The notes beneath the pieces are model-generated. The model was not told the origin of the DNA, did no database searches, and worked only from the letters and a program-made list of their open reading frames with translations. Below, in pieces: positions 13,461 through 27,022 of a DNA stretch of 64,000 bases (the first letter of the stretch is position 1; the number at the start of each line of letters is the position of its first letter). Origin of the DNA: Octopus bimaculoides (taxonomy: Eukaryota); assembly GCF_001194135.2 (NCBI RefSeq), contig NC_068992.1:12367047-12431046 (forward strand), given 5' to 3'. Made by a program: the position numbers and the translations under genes.

Positions 13461-15369
13461 NNNNNNNNNNNNNNNNNNNNNNNNNNNNNNNNNNNNNNNN
13501 NNNNNNNNNNNNNNNNNNNNNNNNNNNNNNNNNNNNNNNNNNNNNNNNNNNNNNNNNNNNNNNNNNNNNNNNNNNNNNNNNNNNNNNNNNNNNNNNNNNN
13601 NNNNNNNNNNNNNNNNNNNNNNNNNNNNNNNNNNNNNNNNNNNNNNNNNNNNNNNNNNNNNNNNNNNNNNNNNNNNNNNNNNNNNNNNNNNNNNNNNNNN
13701 NATATATATATATATATATATATATTTATGTATAAAACACTCACACCCACACACATCTACACACGCAAAATATTTTGAAATGATAAATTAATAACAAAAT
13801 CACATGGAAAGAAGTAACAAAATAATATCATCAGCGAAACTATATCCCATATCCGCCAGTATGACGTACCCCACACACACGTGCACATACACATATACAC
13901 GCTCACACAACCACGTAAAGCACCAATAGGAATAATAGAAGAGTAAGAAAAAATAATATAACAACGTCAAGGAACATGGACAGAAACCAAAACAGCGTAA
14001 GAAACTACTACGTCTGCGATGTTGTCTTGTCATTATTAAGCAACACGTACAGACAGGTGTTTACTAGTCACAAACACAGACGTATCCCACGCGCTGACAC
14101 CACGTATATAAATGAGTATACATGATTGTGTGTGTGTGTGTGTGTGCTTGTTTGTGTGTGTGTGTGTGTGTGTATGTGTGTGTGTGTCTGTGTGCGTGTG
14201 TGTCCAAGATAAGGACAGATAAGGGCCACACACACATATGCACACACATGTGCACACAGATAATTACGTACACAGGTACATGATTACAATCGAGTATATA
14301 TGAGTAAATATATATAAATGTGGTGGTGGTGGTGTGTATGTGTTTATGCGTGTTCTTCTAAGTGTATTCGTATATACACATATATACATATGCCTACATT
14401 TACTTATACGCATATACATTTTTACAGCTATATGTATGTTAGTCTGTATACGTATACACACGGACGCACAAATAGGCACATAACACAAGCAGACTCACAT
14501 ATATGAACATATATATTAATTTCACGTGTTTTGAATTTTATATTTCCTTGTGTTTTGGTTTTTTTTAACATTTTCATTTGTGTTTTTCTCTTTATGTTTT
14601 TTTTTATCCCCATCTGTAATTGTTTGTTTTTTCTCGTTTTTTTTTTGAAAAATAAAATAGTATAAAGAATCTGAAACAAGAAGACGTAGAAGAATTTGAA
14701 CAATAGCGGCTACAACAAAATGAAGAACAAGACATAGCAAACGGAACGAAATAAAATAACTTTACGATATATAAATTGAATGACTCAATATTCGTGTGAA
14801 GGAAGTGGAAAATTCGTGCAACAAAACAGTATACACATTTTCTATACAAGTTACCCGAAGAACTTGCTAGCAGCTACGCTCAACCCAACCCCAAACTCTT
14901 TCACTGGTGTGTAACATGCTAAATTGCAACATATACTCTTTTTTTAATTTTGCAATAAACGAACTACTATTGCTACTCACTGCCACCAGTAGTACTACTA
15001 ATACTTTCAACAACATTATAATCATTGTCGCTACCATCGTTGTTCGTCGTTGTTGTCGTCGTCATCGTCTATCTTTTCATTGCCTCGCTCCTCTAACCCA
15101 TTTCACCAAATCACCCACCTCTCTTCTGAACGTTAGCATTACCATGATCAATATACACTCTTTTTTCCTCTGTTCAAGAGAGAAACAAGTGCAACAATTA
15201 TTTACGTCTGTACACAATACAGTAACGTTGGGTTAATAATTAGTATCTCTTCTTGCATTGCTTTGTTTTTTCTTTTCATTATTGTCGATGTAGTCATCGT
15301 ATTATCTTCTATTTTTCTCTTTGTTTCTGTTTGTTTTCCTCCAACTGTTCTTCCTTCCTTTGGCAAATG

Positions 15370-15790
15370 AAATGTTCACGACTAACGGCTCTAATGAAAG
15401 TTTTGCTGATTTTATGAGGAAACGCAAAGCTAGCGCTGTGGCAGCTGGTCAGATAACCTCACACTGAATATTCGTTTATGAAGATCATATGGAGGAGAGG
15501 AATTAGTGTGCAAATCGCCTGTACAATATGCGTGGAAAATATTCGAGGAATCGAGACGTTTGCAATTTTGACTTTAGCAGTTACTCGGATGTCGTAGAAC
15601 ATAATCTCGCAGACGGTCAAGGTCTTGCAAGAAAGTCTTTGTATAAATATATATATCATTGTAAAAAAAAAGAAAAAAAGATACGCAATACGGAAGTCAA
15701 AACAACCATGTTGAAGCAGAAACTGAACCATCTTGGAAATGTTGAAGACAAAGAAGGGCTTGGGTTCATTAATCACCCGAAGAAAGAGAC
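15370..15790 (+). mobile_element. Highly degenerate RTE-clade LINE, C-terminal region
   Basis: MKIIWRRGISVQ, ACTICVENIRGIETF...VTRMS*NIISQTVKV and TMLKQKLNHLGNVEDKEGLG resemble, in order, the RTE motifs LxxIWxSRxIS, WTLxxxxxxRIxAFE...ISW and KxxKLxWxGHV. Confidence 0.5.
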
Positions 15791-16089
15791 TGAAATGCAA
15801 TTAAATAAAATAAAAAAGAAAACAACATTAATTAATTATGTTCCGTTAGAATATACTCGTCTTTCCAATATATTTTTCAGAAAAAAATGGTGTTGCCTTT
15901 GTATAAAATTATAAAAGTACACGATAAAGCAGGAAAATTTAAACATTATAAATATGATGGAAGAAGTTCGTTGTAAATTCATACAAATATCGATACAAAC
16001 GCACACATACGCGCACGCACGGAAAGACACACGCACACACACACATACATACACATACACACACAAAAGCAACGCCTACATACATATAT

Positions 16090-17089
16090 TATATTGTGCA
16101 GCAGATATGTTTGGTGGGAAATTGAACTGCTCTACCGAACTCCAGCAAGACATTCAAATAGATCGAAAGAGTCCGATCATGTGACAGTACACAAGAACAG
16201 AGAAAAACATCGCAGGTGAGCGTGTAGGTTTCATGGGAATCGTCGAACTTATCGTGACTTATCACAGGATGTGAAGTTTAGTTACGGTTCAGTTCGGTCC
16301 ATTATCACTGAGGATTTGGGTATGAGAGGCGTGTCTGCTGAGTTTGTGCTAAAACTACTTTCAACTGACCTAAAAGACACTCGGGTTTTAGTTGCACAAG
16401 ATCTCCTTGATTGTGTCGAAAACGATGAACACGTTGTGAAAATGATCATAATAGGTAGTGAATAGTGGGTCTATAGCTATGACCCCCAAACAAAGGTTCA
16501 CTTTTCGCAATGGAAAACCCCAACCTCTCGGAGACCGAAGTAATGTAAAGACACTGTTGACTGTTTTCTTCGACTACAAGGGGTTTTTCATCATTAGTAT
16601 GCTCCACTTGTTCAGACAGGAAACAGGGAGTAATAAGGTGACGATTTGCGGCGTTCGCGAGACGCTGTTCGTCGGAAGAGGCCACAATTCTATGCGTCCA
16701 GTGAGTGGAAATTGTACCATGACAACGCAACTGCCCATCAAGCGTAGTTTGTGCAACAGTTTTTGGTTAGGCGCAGCATTCCCCAGGTCCGACAGCCATC
16801 ATATTCCCCAGATCTTGCATCTTGCGACACTTTCCTTTTTGCAAAAATAAAATCCCGCTTCAAAGGAAGAAGATTTCAGAACGTTGCGGAAATGAAAGTG
16901 AATGCGACAAGGTAGCTGCTGATTATCTCAGAAACGAGTTCCAAAAAAGCATCCATCAACAGAAACAGTGCTGAATTAAGTGCATGGCTTCCGAAGGGAA
17001 CTATTTTGAAGGAGATTAAACGATAAATTGGTATGTGTTGTAGATTTGTTTTTATAGCTCCAATCCGGACACTTATTGATCAAACTTCG
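16090..17089 (+). mobile_element. Degenerate mariner (irritans-like) transposon, nearly whole transposase plus right TIR
   Basis: SYGSVRSIITEDLGMRGVSAEFVLKLLS...IIIGSE*WVYSYDPK and QPSYSPDLASCDTFLFAKIKSRFKGRRF. Ends ccggacacttattgatcaaacttcg. Confidence 0.92.
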
Positions 17090-17879
17090 AGTGTGTGTGT
17101 TTGTGTGTGTGTGTGTATGTGTGTGTGTGTGTGTGCGTGCGTGTGTAGGCCGCTGGTATTTATAGCGTGTTAAACATTTTTGTATGCAAANNNNNNNNNN
17201 NNNNNNNNNNNNNNNNNNNNNNNNNNNNNNNNNNNNNNNNNNNNNNNNNNNNNNNNNNNNNNNNNNNNNNNNNNNNNNNNNNNNNNNNNNNNNNNNNNNN
17301 NNNNNNNNNNNNNNNNNNNNNNNNNNNNNNNNNNNNNNNNNNNNNNNNNNNNNNNNNNNNNNNNNNNNNNNNNNNNNNNNNNNNNNNNNNNNNNNNNNNN
17401 NNNNNNNNNNNNNNNNNNNNNNNNNNNNNNNNNNNNNNNNNNNNNNNNNNNNNNNNNNNNNNNNNNNNNNNNNNNNNNNNNNNNNNNNNNNNNNNNNNNN
17501 NNNNNNNNNNNNNNNNNNNNNNNNNNNNNNNNNNNNNNNNNNNNNNNNNNNNNNNNNNNNNNNNNNNNNNNNNNNNNNNNNNNNNNNNNNNNNNNNNNNN
17601 NNNNNNNNNNNNNNNNNNNNNNNNNNNNNNNNNNNNNNNNNNNNNNNNNNNNNNNNNNNNNNNNNNNNNNNNNNNNNNNNNNNNNNNNNNNNNNNNNNNN
17701 NNNNNNNNNNNNNNNNNNNNNNNNNNNNNNNNNNNNNNNNNNNNNNNNNNNNNNNNNNNNNNNNNNNNNNNNNNNNNNNNNNNNNNNNNNNNNNNNNNNN
17801 NNNNNNNNNNNNNNNNNNNNNNNNNNNNGAGAGAGAGAGAAAGTGTGTGTGTGAGTGTAATATATGCGGATACAGAAAC

Positions 17880-17918
<39 letters not shown>

Positions 17919-18289
17919 CAGAGGGAGAGGTAGATACATACATTCATACATACTTACAAATTTCGTCACTCAAAAGTTGAAGCACAGTTGCGGTGGGAAA
18001 TAAGAAAAATCAATAAGTGAGGTATATTGCTTAACTAAGATATATGCATCTTTACATAACATACTGTCATCACTCCCTAGACGCAGTAAACTGAGCAATG
18101 TAAACTAAATATAGTAAACCATACAAAAGAATATTGGTGGTCCCCAGCCAAGAAGATTATTTTATCAAAGTATGATAATATGCATTTAACATACGTCACA
18201 TCACGCTCTTCAATCGTGGTACGAACTTTTCTACAACACGCATGTATATATGTGTGTACGTATGTACATAAAGATGCGTGCATGCATGC

Positions 18290-18520
18290 ATGTATGTATG
18301 TTACTTGCGGATCAACGTTACTTGGTGAGCCACGGGATTCTGTGGTGTATATATCACCCGCCTGGACGGGATTCCGGTCCGTCGCAAGATTACTAATTTA
18401 AAGCCAGCTCAGTGGATTGGAGTCACGTGAAATGAAGTGTTTTGCTTAGAGTTACAACGGATTGTGTGGTCCTGGAATCGAAACCCCAATGCATCCCACA
18501 AATTCACGCATATCTGCATA
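18290..18520 (-). mobile_element. tRNA-derived SINE with CORE-like segment
   Basis: ggattggagtcacgtgaaatgaagtgttttgcttagag...cctggaatcgaaacc; similar to the copy at 28885-29170. Confidence 0.65.
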
Positions 18521-18534
18521 GAATCACGCACAAA

Positions 18535-18986
<452 letters not shown>

Positions 18987-19494
18987 TTCTTCAAGCACAC
19001 GACAGCTAATTACAATGAAAGATACAAAGTGAAAATAAAGATATCAATCCTCCGGAAAATATCTTAGTTTAATGATTCTATTAGCCTTAATCAAATATCA
19101 ATAAAACATTCCTTAAAGTATTAAGTAAATATATTCCGAAAAATTAAACATGTTATCTTTAAAGCAATAATGTTTAATTAGGTTTCCACGCATGATTTTT
19201 TTTTAAAATAAATTTATTTTAAAAATGAAAGCCTTGAACATGCACTAACATCGAAATCTTCATATTGCTGCGATATAATTTATCCATTTAATAATTCATG
19301 CTATTCCAAAATGATTTTTTTTTTCTTTATGTGACAGAATTCACAATTCACGAATCAGTTTTGTAATGGTTGACAGTAAACAATTTTAATTTATGAGTTG
19401 AAGCTATAGCAATATCTTTCAGTTATTTTGAATGTAGTCAAAATTAAAAAAATTCTAATTAGAAATTATAAGATCTCCACCATAGATAAATTTT

Positions 19495-19600
19495 ATGTGT
19501 TTGTATGTGTGTGTGCGTTTGTGTTCGTGTGTCTGTGTTTGTACCTCCACCATTGCTTGACAACCGATGTTGTGTTTACGTCCCCGTGTTTATGGCAAAT
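19495..19600 (+). mobile_element. Fragment of the microsatellite-containing SINE family
   Basis: gtgtctgtgtttgtacctccaccattgcttgacaaccgatgttgtgtttacgtccccgt; similar to the 61459-61735 copy (cattgcttgacacc). Confidence 0.7.
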
Positions 19601-20583
19601 AAAAATGAAATGTATGTTCTTCATCACCTGAGCGCTAACCCGGCATCAACTTGATAGCATCCCAGGTGAAAAGACTAAAAAAAAATTTTTAATAAAATTG
19701 AAATTTCATGGAAAATAGGATGAGAATGAAGGCCGTTAATTTTAATTGACTAAAAATATGTTTGACTTATTACATTCAGTATGTTAGCTCACGTCTAGCT
19801 CTACGTATGATATACGAAGTCAGCCCAAATAACTTTTCCGATTCAGTGTTGAATCTCAGAGTACCCGCATCAATAAAAAATATACTTTCTTTCTTATTAT
19901 ATTTATTTTATTTTATTCTTCCTTAGTTTTCACTTTTTGTTTCTACTTTCAATGTCTTCCTATGTTTAAACGGATTTTCTTTTGAAGTATCTCTCACCTC
20001 GAGCGTTTCTCTATGTCTGGGTTGCTTGCCGATGGAGCCAGACAATAGATTTTCGAAGCCAGTATTGCTGCAGCATTTAAGAATGATCTGTTAAATCGCT
20101 AATACTAAATATAATTCAAAAATTTAAAAATTTAAAAATCTTCTCACAATCATTTATAAACCTCATTAAGAACAAAGAAAATATACTTTTAATTGCAGAA
20201 ATAAACTGAATTACGTAATATGTATATTATAAAGTTATTCAATAAAGAAGACTAAATTTGATTAATTTCGTTTAACATACTTGTTCTGTTTGTCTGACTT
20301 TTATTTTCAATTATATTACATTCAATTATTATACACATTCGTTTCTTATTCGTAAGAAATATAGGGTAATAAATAAAAACAAGTAATTTTTCGCATTACT
20401 TAGGTGTTGCTGTCCGGGGAATATTGCCATATCGGGGAATATTGCCATATCGGGGAATTTCGTTACGTAAGACTTATTTTGCCAATCAGTTCCATGTTAG
20501 GACGTCATTTGATTTCTGGCAGGTTTCTTTCAAGAAATATATGAAAGCGTTTTATGAATGAAAATATTTTTTACCGGAGACTG

Positions 20584-20835
<252 letters not shown>

Positions 20836-21003
20836 AAAGCTGTGGAAGCGCTGTTGGCGCATGCGAAAATGGCCGGCGTCATCAAAACTGAATATAGCGT
20901 AACTAAAGAAAAATTTAAACAATAAATGAACAAAAAAAAAACAAAAAGCATGGGAATCAAAAAAATGCACGAAGGCGACATAAAAGGACAAACTGACAGT
21001 AAG
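20836..21003 (+). mobile_element. Short internal fragment of an R4/Dong-like retrotransposon fused to the (AAT)n tract
   Basis: KAVEALLAHAKMAGVIKTEYSVTKEKFKQ then KAWESKKMHEGDIKGQTD; resembles the R4-clade post-RT segment ExLLxxV...KxxFK...WxxKxMHGQF. Confidence 0.6.
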
Positions 21004-21004
21004 T

Positions 21005-21560
21005 CATTCTATAAGGTATGTGCTCTCTCGCTTGCTGCCTCGGCTTTTGGTCATCGAGATGTTCCGATAGTCTGGTAACTATGAGCTTTGTAAATAGCCT
21101 CAAACATAAACTTTCTACGTCGTCCATATTTTCTCGTTCAAATATCATATTTAACATAGAATAAGAATTTTCGAAAACTACTTTCTTCTACCACATATTA
21201 TTTCAGTGTTGTTACCTCATCCTTTCCAGGGATCTTATTATTGTTCATCAGTATTAAATTATTCTTTATTCACCGAGGAGAACGGTAAAAGGCATGGTTA
21301 GAATTTTGTTCACTTTCGATCTATTTACATTTTCATACATGTTTTCTGTTTCAAAATTCTGCTTCTCTGTCCAATCCTGATATTAATATTCATAATGCGC
21401 AAGTTCCTGAAGTGCAGAGTTTCATTCGTCTAAGTGATGCCTCAGTATAGTACAGTCCATTACCTGGTGTATGCTGTATCTTGATGTCTATTTATTGTAG
21501 CAATTTTTATGGTCTTTATGCACTTTTTAAATGGAATTTCAAACATTGTCCTACGTTTGT
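21005..21560 (-). mobile_element. Degenerate RTE-clade LINE, RT N-terminal region
   Basis: Minus strand: NKIPGKDEVT (KAPGxD motif) and LRLFTKLIVTRLSEHLDDQKPRQQA (RTE KLFTKIIxxRLxxxLDxxQPREQA). Confidence 0.75.
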
Positions 21561-22727
21561 GATACTGTTTATATAGATTATGCTACACAAATCAGTGATG
21601 TACAAAATTATCTGAACTATCAATTAGATTCAATGGGCACCGCAAAGTTGTATAGATAGAGTGTTCAAATACTGAAATCAACATTAAAGATAGAATATAA
21701 AATCAAATTAAGGATAGAGCTATTATCGTATATCAATGCGTAAATATTTAGCAGTTGTATCGAAAGTACTATTTCGGTGCAAAGCGATTAGCGGGCAAAG
21801 ATTGATGAAAATAAAAAAAATCAGTTATACTTCGATAACTCATATAATGATATATAAGTACAGCTAAAAGGAAATATTGGAAAATAGGATAAAGTCGCAC
21901 ACACAAATTCACACATATAGATGTATGCATTCATATATTAAACTCTGTCTTTCTCTCTGTCTAACTATTTATCTATGAATCTATCTACAATAAATTTTCA
22001 TGCACGGATATTACAGCAGTTGCACAAGCATGTACACGTGAGCTGCATCGTTCTGCAACCTTCCAAATTATACATGGCAGTTCTCAGAGAAAAAGAAAGA
22101 AATGAAAAATCTTGGAGGGAAGGCGATAAGATTTGTATCTTTTTGACCTGTTGGAAGCGGAATTCATAATGGCCGGTTTGGATTAATTCGACGGGTAAAT
22201 GTTACAGTTTGTAACATTATCTACCTAACCAGGAGACAGTTGTGTTTTCTAGTTGAAGGAAAGAAAGTTGACAAGATGCTCACATTTTGTGAAAATTTCC
22301 GATCTCGAATACCGTTGGTTGGCTAAAGTTCCTAAATTTAAGAAGGATATGTGTTCTTTCAGCTATACAAACACTGCATTACGACAAGGTTTTTCTGTCG
22401 GATTGATAAACACAAAGCTATTCGGATAACACATAGAGTCTTATATATTTTAAACTTTCCCTATCGAATAAGCCAACCATTGTTAATTCTAATTCAAACA
22501 ACAAAACAGATACCTGCTTGTCTCTAACCCGTTAAGTTCACTTATTTCCTTTTTTTTTTTCACTTATTTTTGGCTTCATTATTTATCATTCTGTCTTTCA
22601 TTTTCTCAGAAAGCAGCCATGTTTATTTTCAGCATCAATAATTGGAGGATACTACACAACACATTATAAAGACTTCCCCGATTACTGCTGAGTCGGAGTG
22701 TGGAATCTGAAAAAGCATACCTTAAAA

Positions 22728-22820
22728 TACAGTAGTACCTCGGTTTTCGAGCACCTCTGATCACGATTAAACCTCCTGTCTTTCTCATATTCATTTAATG
22801 CAGTAGTTCCTCGGTTTACG
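22728..22820 (+). mobile_element. Two Tigger/pogo-like left termini in tandem before a gap
   Basis: TA|CAGTAGTACCTCGGTTTTCG at 22730 and TG|CAGTAGTTCCTCGGTTTACG at 22801. CAGT-start TIRs after TA are typical of pogo/Tigger. Confidence 0.6.
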
Positions 22821-23804
22821 NNNNNNNNNNNNNNNNNNNNNNNNNNNNNNNNNNNNNNNNNNNNNNNNNNNNNNNNNNNNNNNNNNNNNNNNNNNNNNNN
22901 NNNNNNNNNNNNNNNNNNNNNNNNNNNNNNNNNNNNNNNNNNNNNNNNNNNNNNNNNNNNNNNNNNNNNNNNNNNNNNNNNNNNNNNNNNNNNNNNNNNN
23001 NNNNNNNNNNNNNNNNNNNNNNNNNNNNNNNNNNNNNNNNNNNNNNNNNNNNNNNNNNNNNNNNNNNNNNNNNNNNNNNNNNNNNNNNNNNNNNNNNNNN
23101 NNNNNNNNNNNNNNNNNNNNNNNNNNNNNNNNNNNNNNNNNNNNNNNNNNNNNNNNNNNNNNNNNNNNNNNNNNNNNNNNNNNNNNNNNNNNNNNNNNNN
23201 NNNNNNNNNNNNNNNNNNNNNNNNNNNNNNNNNNNNNNNNNNNNNNNNNNNNNNNNNNNNNNNNNNNNNNNNNNNNNNNNNNNNNNNNNNNNNNNNNNNN
23301 NNNNNNNNNNNNNNNNNNNNNNNNNNNNNNNNNNNNNNNNNNNNNNNNNNNNNNNNNNNNNNNNNNNNNNNNNNNNNNNNNNNNNNNNNNNNNNNNNNNN
23401 NNNNNNNNNNNNNNNNNNNNNNNNNNNNNNNNNNNNNNNNNNNNNNNNNNNNNNNNNNNNNNNNNNNNNNNNNNNNNNNNNNNNNNNNNNNNNNNNNNNN
23501 NNNNNNNNNNNNNNNNNNNNNNNNNNNNNNNNNNNNNNNNNNNNNNNNNNNNNNNNNNNNNNNNNNNNNNNNNNNNNNNNNNNNNNNNNNNNNNNNNNNN
23601 NNNNNNNNNNNNNNNNNNNNNNNNNNNNNNNNNNNNNNNNNNNNNNNNNNNNNNNNNNNNNNNNNNNNNNNNNNNNNNNNNNNNNNNNNNNNNNNNNNNN
23701 NNNNNNNNNNNNNNNNNNNNNNNNNNNNNNNNNNNNNNNNNNNNNNNNNNNNNNNNNNNNNNNNNNNNNNNNNNNNNNNNNNNNNNNNNNNNNNNNNNNN
23801 NNNN

Positions 23805-23837
<33 letters not shown>

Positions 23838-24182
23838 CACACATATGTATATGTGTGTGCCTGTGTGTGGTGTGTAGTTTATGTATATATATATAATGTA
23901 TAATATATCGTATTATATACACACATATACATATGCATATGTAATTGTACAATTGCGCACATACAATTGCGTATAAACGTATGAATGTGGTGGTATTTTT
24001 TATTCATATACTTACATATATATATATATTTGTATAATATACTTGTATGTATATGTATATATAGAGTGTATATATCTATATATATACACACAAATGTACA
24101 AATATGTGTATATGTGTATATGTGTTTGAACATCTGTGTTTCTGTTCGTATGTCAGTGTGTGTGTGTGTGTGTGTGTGAGCG

Positions 24183-24274
<92 letters not shown>

Positions 24275-25089
24275 GGTAGATGGAGAAAAATTTACCTATC
24301 TTTGTATATATAAAAGTCCTAGCGAAACTTGAACTAAGTGGATATATAACTTCAATTTTTAGCGTTTTGTAGACCGAATATGCTATAGATCTATTTGGTT
24401 TCTATTCCAGTCTCTTTCTCTTCCGACAGTAAGATTCTTATTTCTTGTCTACAGTTTAGTCACTAGATCATGGGTTTTACAATGCATGATGCTCTCCGTT
24501 TAGCATATTTTCCCTAACTCTAATCCACATCTCTCCTGAATTNNNNNNNNNNNNNNNNNNNNNNNNNNNNNNNNNNNNNNNNNNNNNNNNNNNNNNNNNN
24601 NNNNNNNNNNNNNNNNNNNNNNNNNNNNNNNNNNNNNNNNNNNNNNNNNNNNNNNNNNNNNNNNNNNNNNNNNNNNNNNNNNNNNNNNNNNNNNNNNNNN
24701 NNNNNNNNNNNNNNNNNNNNNNNNNNNNNNNNNNNNNNNNNNNNNNNNNNNNNNNNNNNNNNNNNNNNNNNNNNNNNNNNNNNNNNNNNNNNNNNNNNNN
24801 NNNNNNNNNNNNNNNNNNNNNNNNNNNNNNNNNNNNNNNNNNNNNNNNNNNNNNNNNNNNNNNNNNNNNNNNNNNNNNNNNNNNNNNNNNNNNNNNNNNN
24901 NNNNNNNNNNNNNNNNNNNNNNNNNNNNNNNNNNNNNNNNNNNNNNNNNNNNNNNNNNNNNNNNNNNNNNNNNNNNNNNNNNNNTATATATATGCATACA
25001 TATGTGTGTGTGTTTCTGTGTGTTATAATAATAATAACAAAAATAACAATAATAACAATAGTAATAATAATAATAATAATAATAATTTT

Positions 25090-25248
25090 TTGTCAGTCTT
25101 TACGTTATGAGTTCAAATCCCGCCGAGGTTGACTTTGCCTTTCATCCTTTCGGAGTCGATAAATTAAATACCTGTTGCGTACTGGAGTCGATATAATCGA
25201 CTGGTCCCCTCCTCCAAGATTTCGGGCCTTGTGCCTAGAGTAGAAAAG
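25090..25248 (+). mobile_element. Meta/MESC-like SINE next to an (AAT)n tract (25025-25086)
   Basis: gagttcaaatcccgccgaggttgactttgcctttcatcctttcggagtcgataaattaaatacc...gggccttgtgcctagagtagaaa. Confidence 0.85.
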
Positions 25249-25769
25249 CATAAATAAAGAAAAGGTTCATTACGTTATATGATAGAGAAAAGAAACTGCT
25301 GGAGTTGAAATACATATTAAAAGAGGAGACAGTAATAGGGAAAGGAAGAGAATTAATAGAAACTCATGTTAATCGATTAATAACTTTTAGAGGAGATACA
25401 TGCATGTTCGGCAGAATGATGGTCACGGAGTTATTTATAGAATAGAGTTAATGAGGCAATGTTCTGCTGATGAAAGTAGGGTCGACATGAAGTTTAGCTG
25501 CCGAAACAGAACCAACGAGGTTAGTGCCGTAGTTGGAGCAGAGAAAGAACACGGGCAAAGGCTTCAGCCTACACGTGTCAGCAGTATTCCATGCAAGAGT
25601 GAATAAGAAATCTATCATGTTCAAAATTGTATTTGAAGAAACGATAATGAGAGGAGTCGTATGTGTATGCCTCGCAATGTATGCATGTATATACATGTAC
25701 ACGTACGTATGTATATGTGCGTATCGTTGTGTTTAAAAGAGCATGCTCTTAAAGAAGCACACACAAACA

Positions 25770-27022
25770 CACACATTTCAGAAGAGACATTTATTAATAT
25801 CAATGCAGTACACAACTCTAAAATGCTTCAAAATAGAATCATCTGACTCCAACGCATTGTTGTAGCGCTACAGCCACTACGTGATGGCCTCCAGTATGAA
25901 GGTATCCACGCGGTCATCTTCTATCTCTTCAAAACGACTGCTCCTGAAGTTCTCCTGAAGCTTTGCGGAACAACAAATGTCAGGTCTGGATTAAGGGAAA
26001 CGAAGGGGAAGATTTGATGCCCATAATTGTTAACCCGGATGATATGGTGGACCGGTGAATTGACTTGGTGCAGGTATCACCGGCCCGAATGAAAGCGGTC
26101 TGACCTTTTGCAACAAAATTTCTTCCTGAACTCCCTCAAACTTCCACTAAATGTTTGGTTGGCCGCCTCCATGAAAGTACTTACTAAATATATCTGATAC
26201 CTTTACTGTTAAGAAAGAGGCACCTCATGACTTCCTGGTGGACTTTCTTTGCCTGGCTTTCATAGGTCTAAGGGAGCCACCTGGCTTCGTTTGGGGACAT
26301 TGTCTCTTGATGTCTTGTTCATAAGATGAGGTTCAGATTTTGTCACAGGTCGCTAGAGACTCAGGTACTTTTGGATTGAAAGCAATGAGCTCAACTATCT
26401 GCCTGCTTTCACCAACGTGTCTACCCATCTGTTCGCAAATGAGCACACTGAGAAAACATTTTTAACAATTTTGCGCATGTTCAGATCTTCATGAATAACT
26501 GTGCACAATTGCCACAATTGTCTTTATTGTCAAACAGTTTACTTATTGTCTTTAGAGACACATAACGGTGATTGTGAATTTTCTGAACCAGTTCTGGTGT
26601 TCGGACGTTCTCTCCTTCCCATCGCCTCTCACCTCCTCTCTACCGTCCTTGGAACTCTTGCACCAGAAAAAAAAAACAGATGCTCTACTCCTAGATATTA
26701 ATCCATAAGCAATGTGGAGTCTTTCCAATGTTTCTGGAGCTTTTTTTCCCCACTTTAACACGAAATTTTATTCCATACCGAGCTTCCAAATTATCTTCAG
26801 GTCACGGCTGCATTCTCCCAGCTAGTCAGCCGTGTCAAGCAATGTTTAACAGAGTGCGTTCCAAGTGCTGTTACAGCAGACTCCGTCAATCTGGAATAAC
26901 AAAAGCTAACAGGTCAGATTATTAAATCTATATATCGTATATAGATTATTAATGTATATTAATTCAATTTTATAACTGCCTCTCCTAAAAACAGTCTGCA
27001 ACATTCCGGAATGTACCTCGTA
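25770..27022 (-). mobile_element. Near full-length degenerate mariner transposon
   Basis: Minus strand: left TIR TA|CGAGGTACATTCCGGAATGTTGCAGACTG; IKFRVKVGKKAPETLERLHIAYG; IHEDLNMRKI; KPGGSLRPMKARQRKST; LREFRKKFCCKRSDRFHSGR*YLHQVNSPVH; KLQENFRSSRFEEIE...RYNN. The motifs are in mariner order. Confidence 0.9.

Noticed and set aside
25850-26460. First reading as an L1/Tx1-like RT (DRVD, QEN motifs)
   Set aside because: The complete motif order, upstream HTH region and TIR fit a mariner transposase far better.
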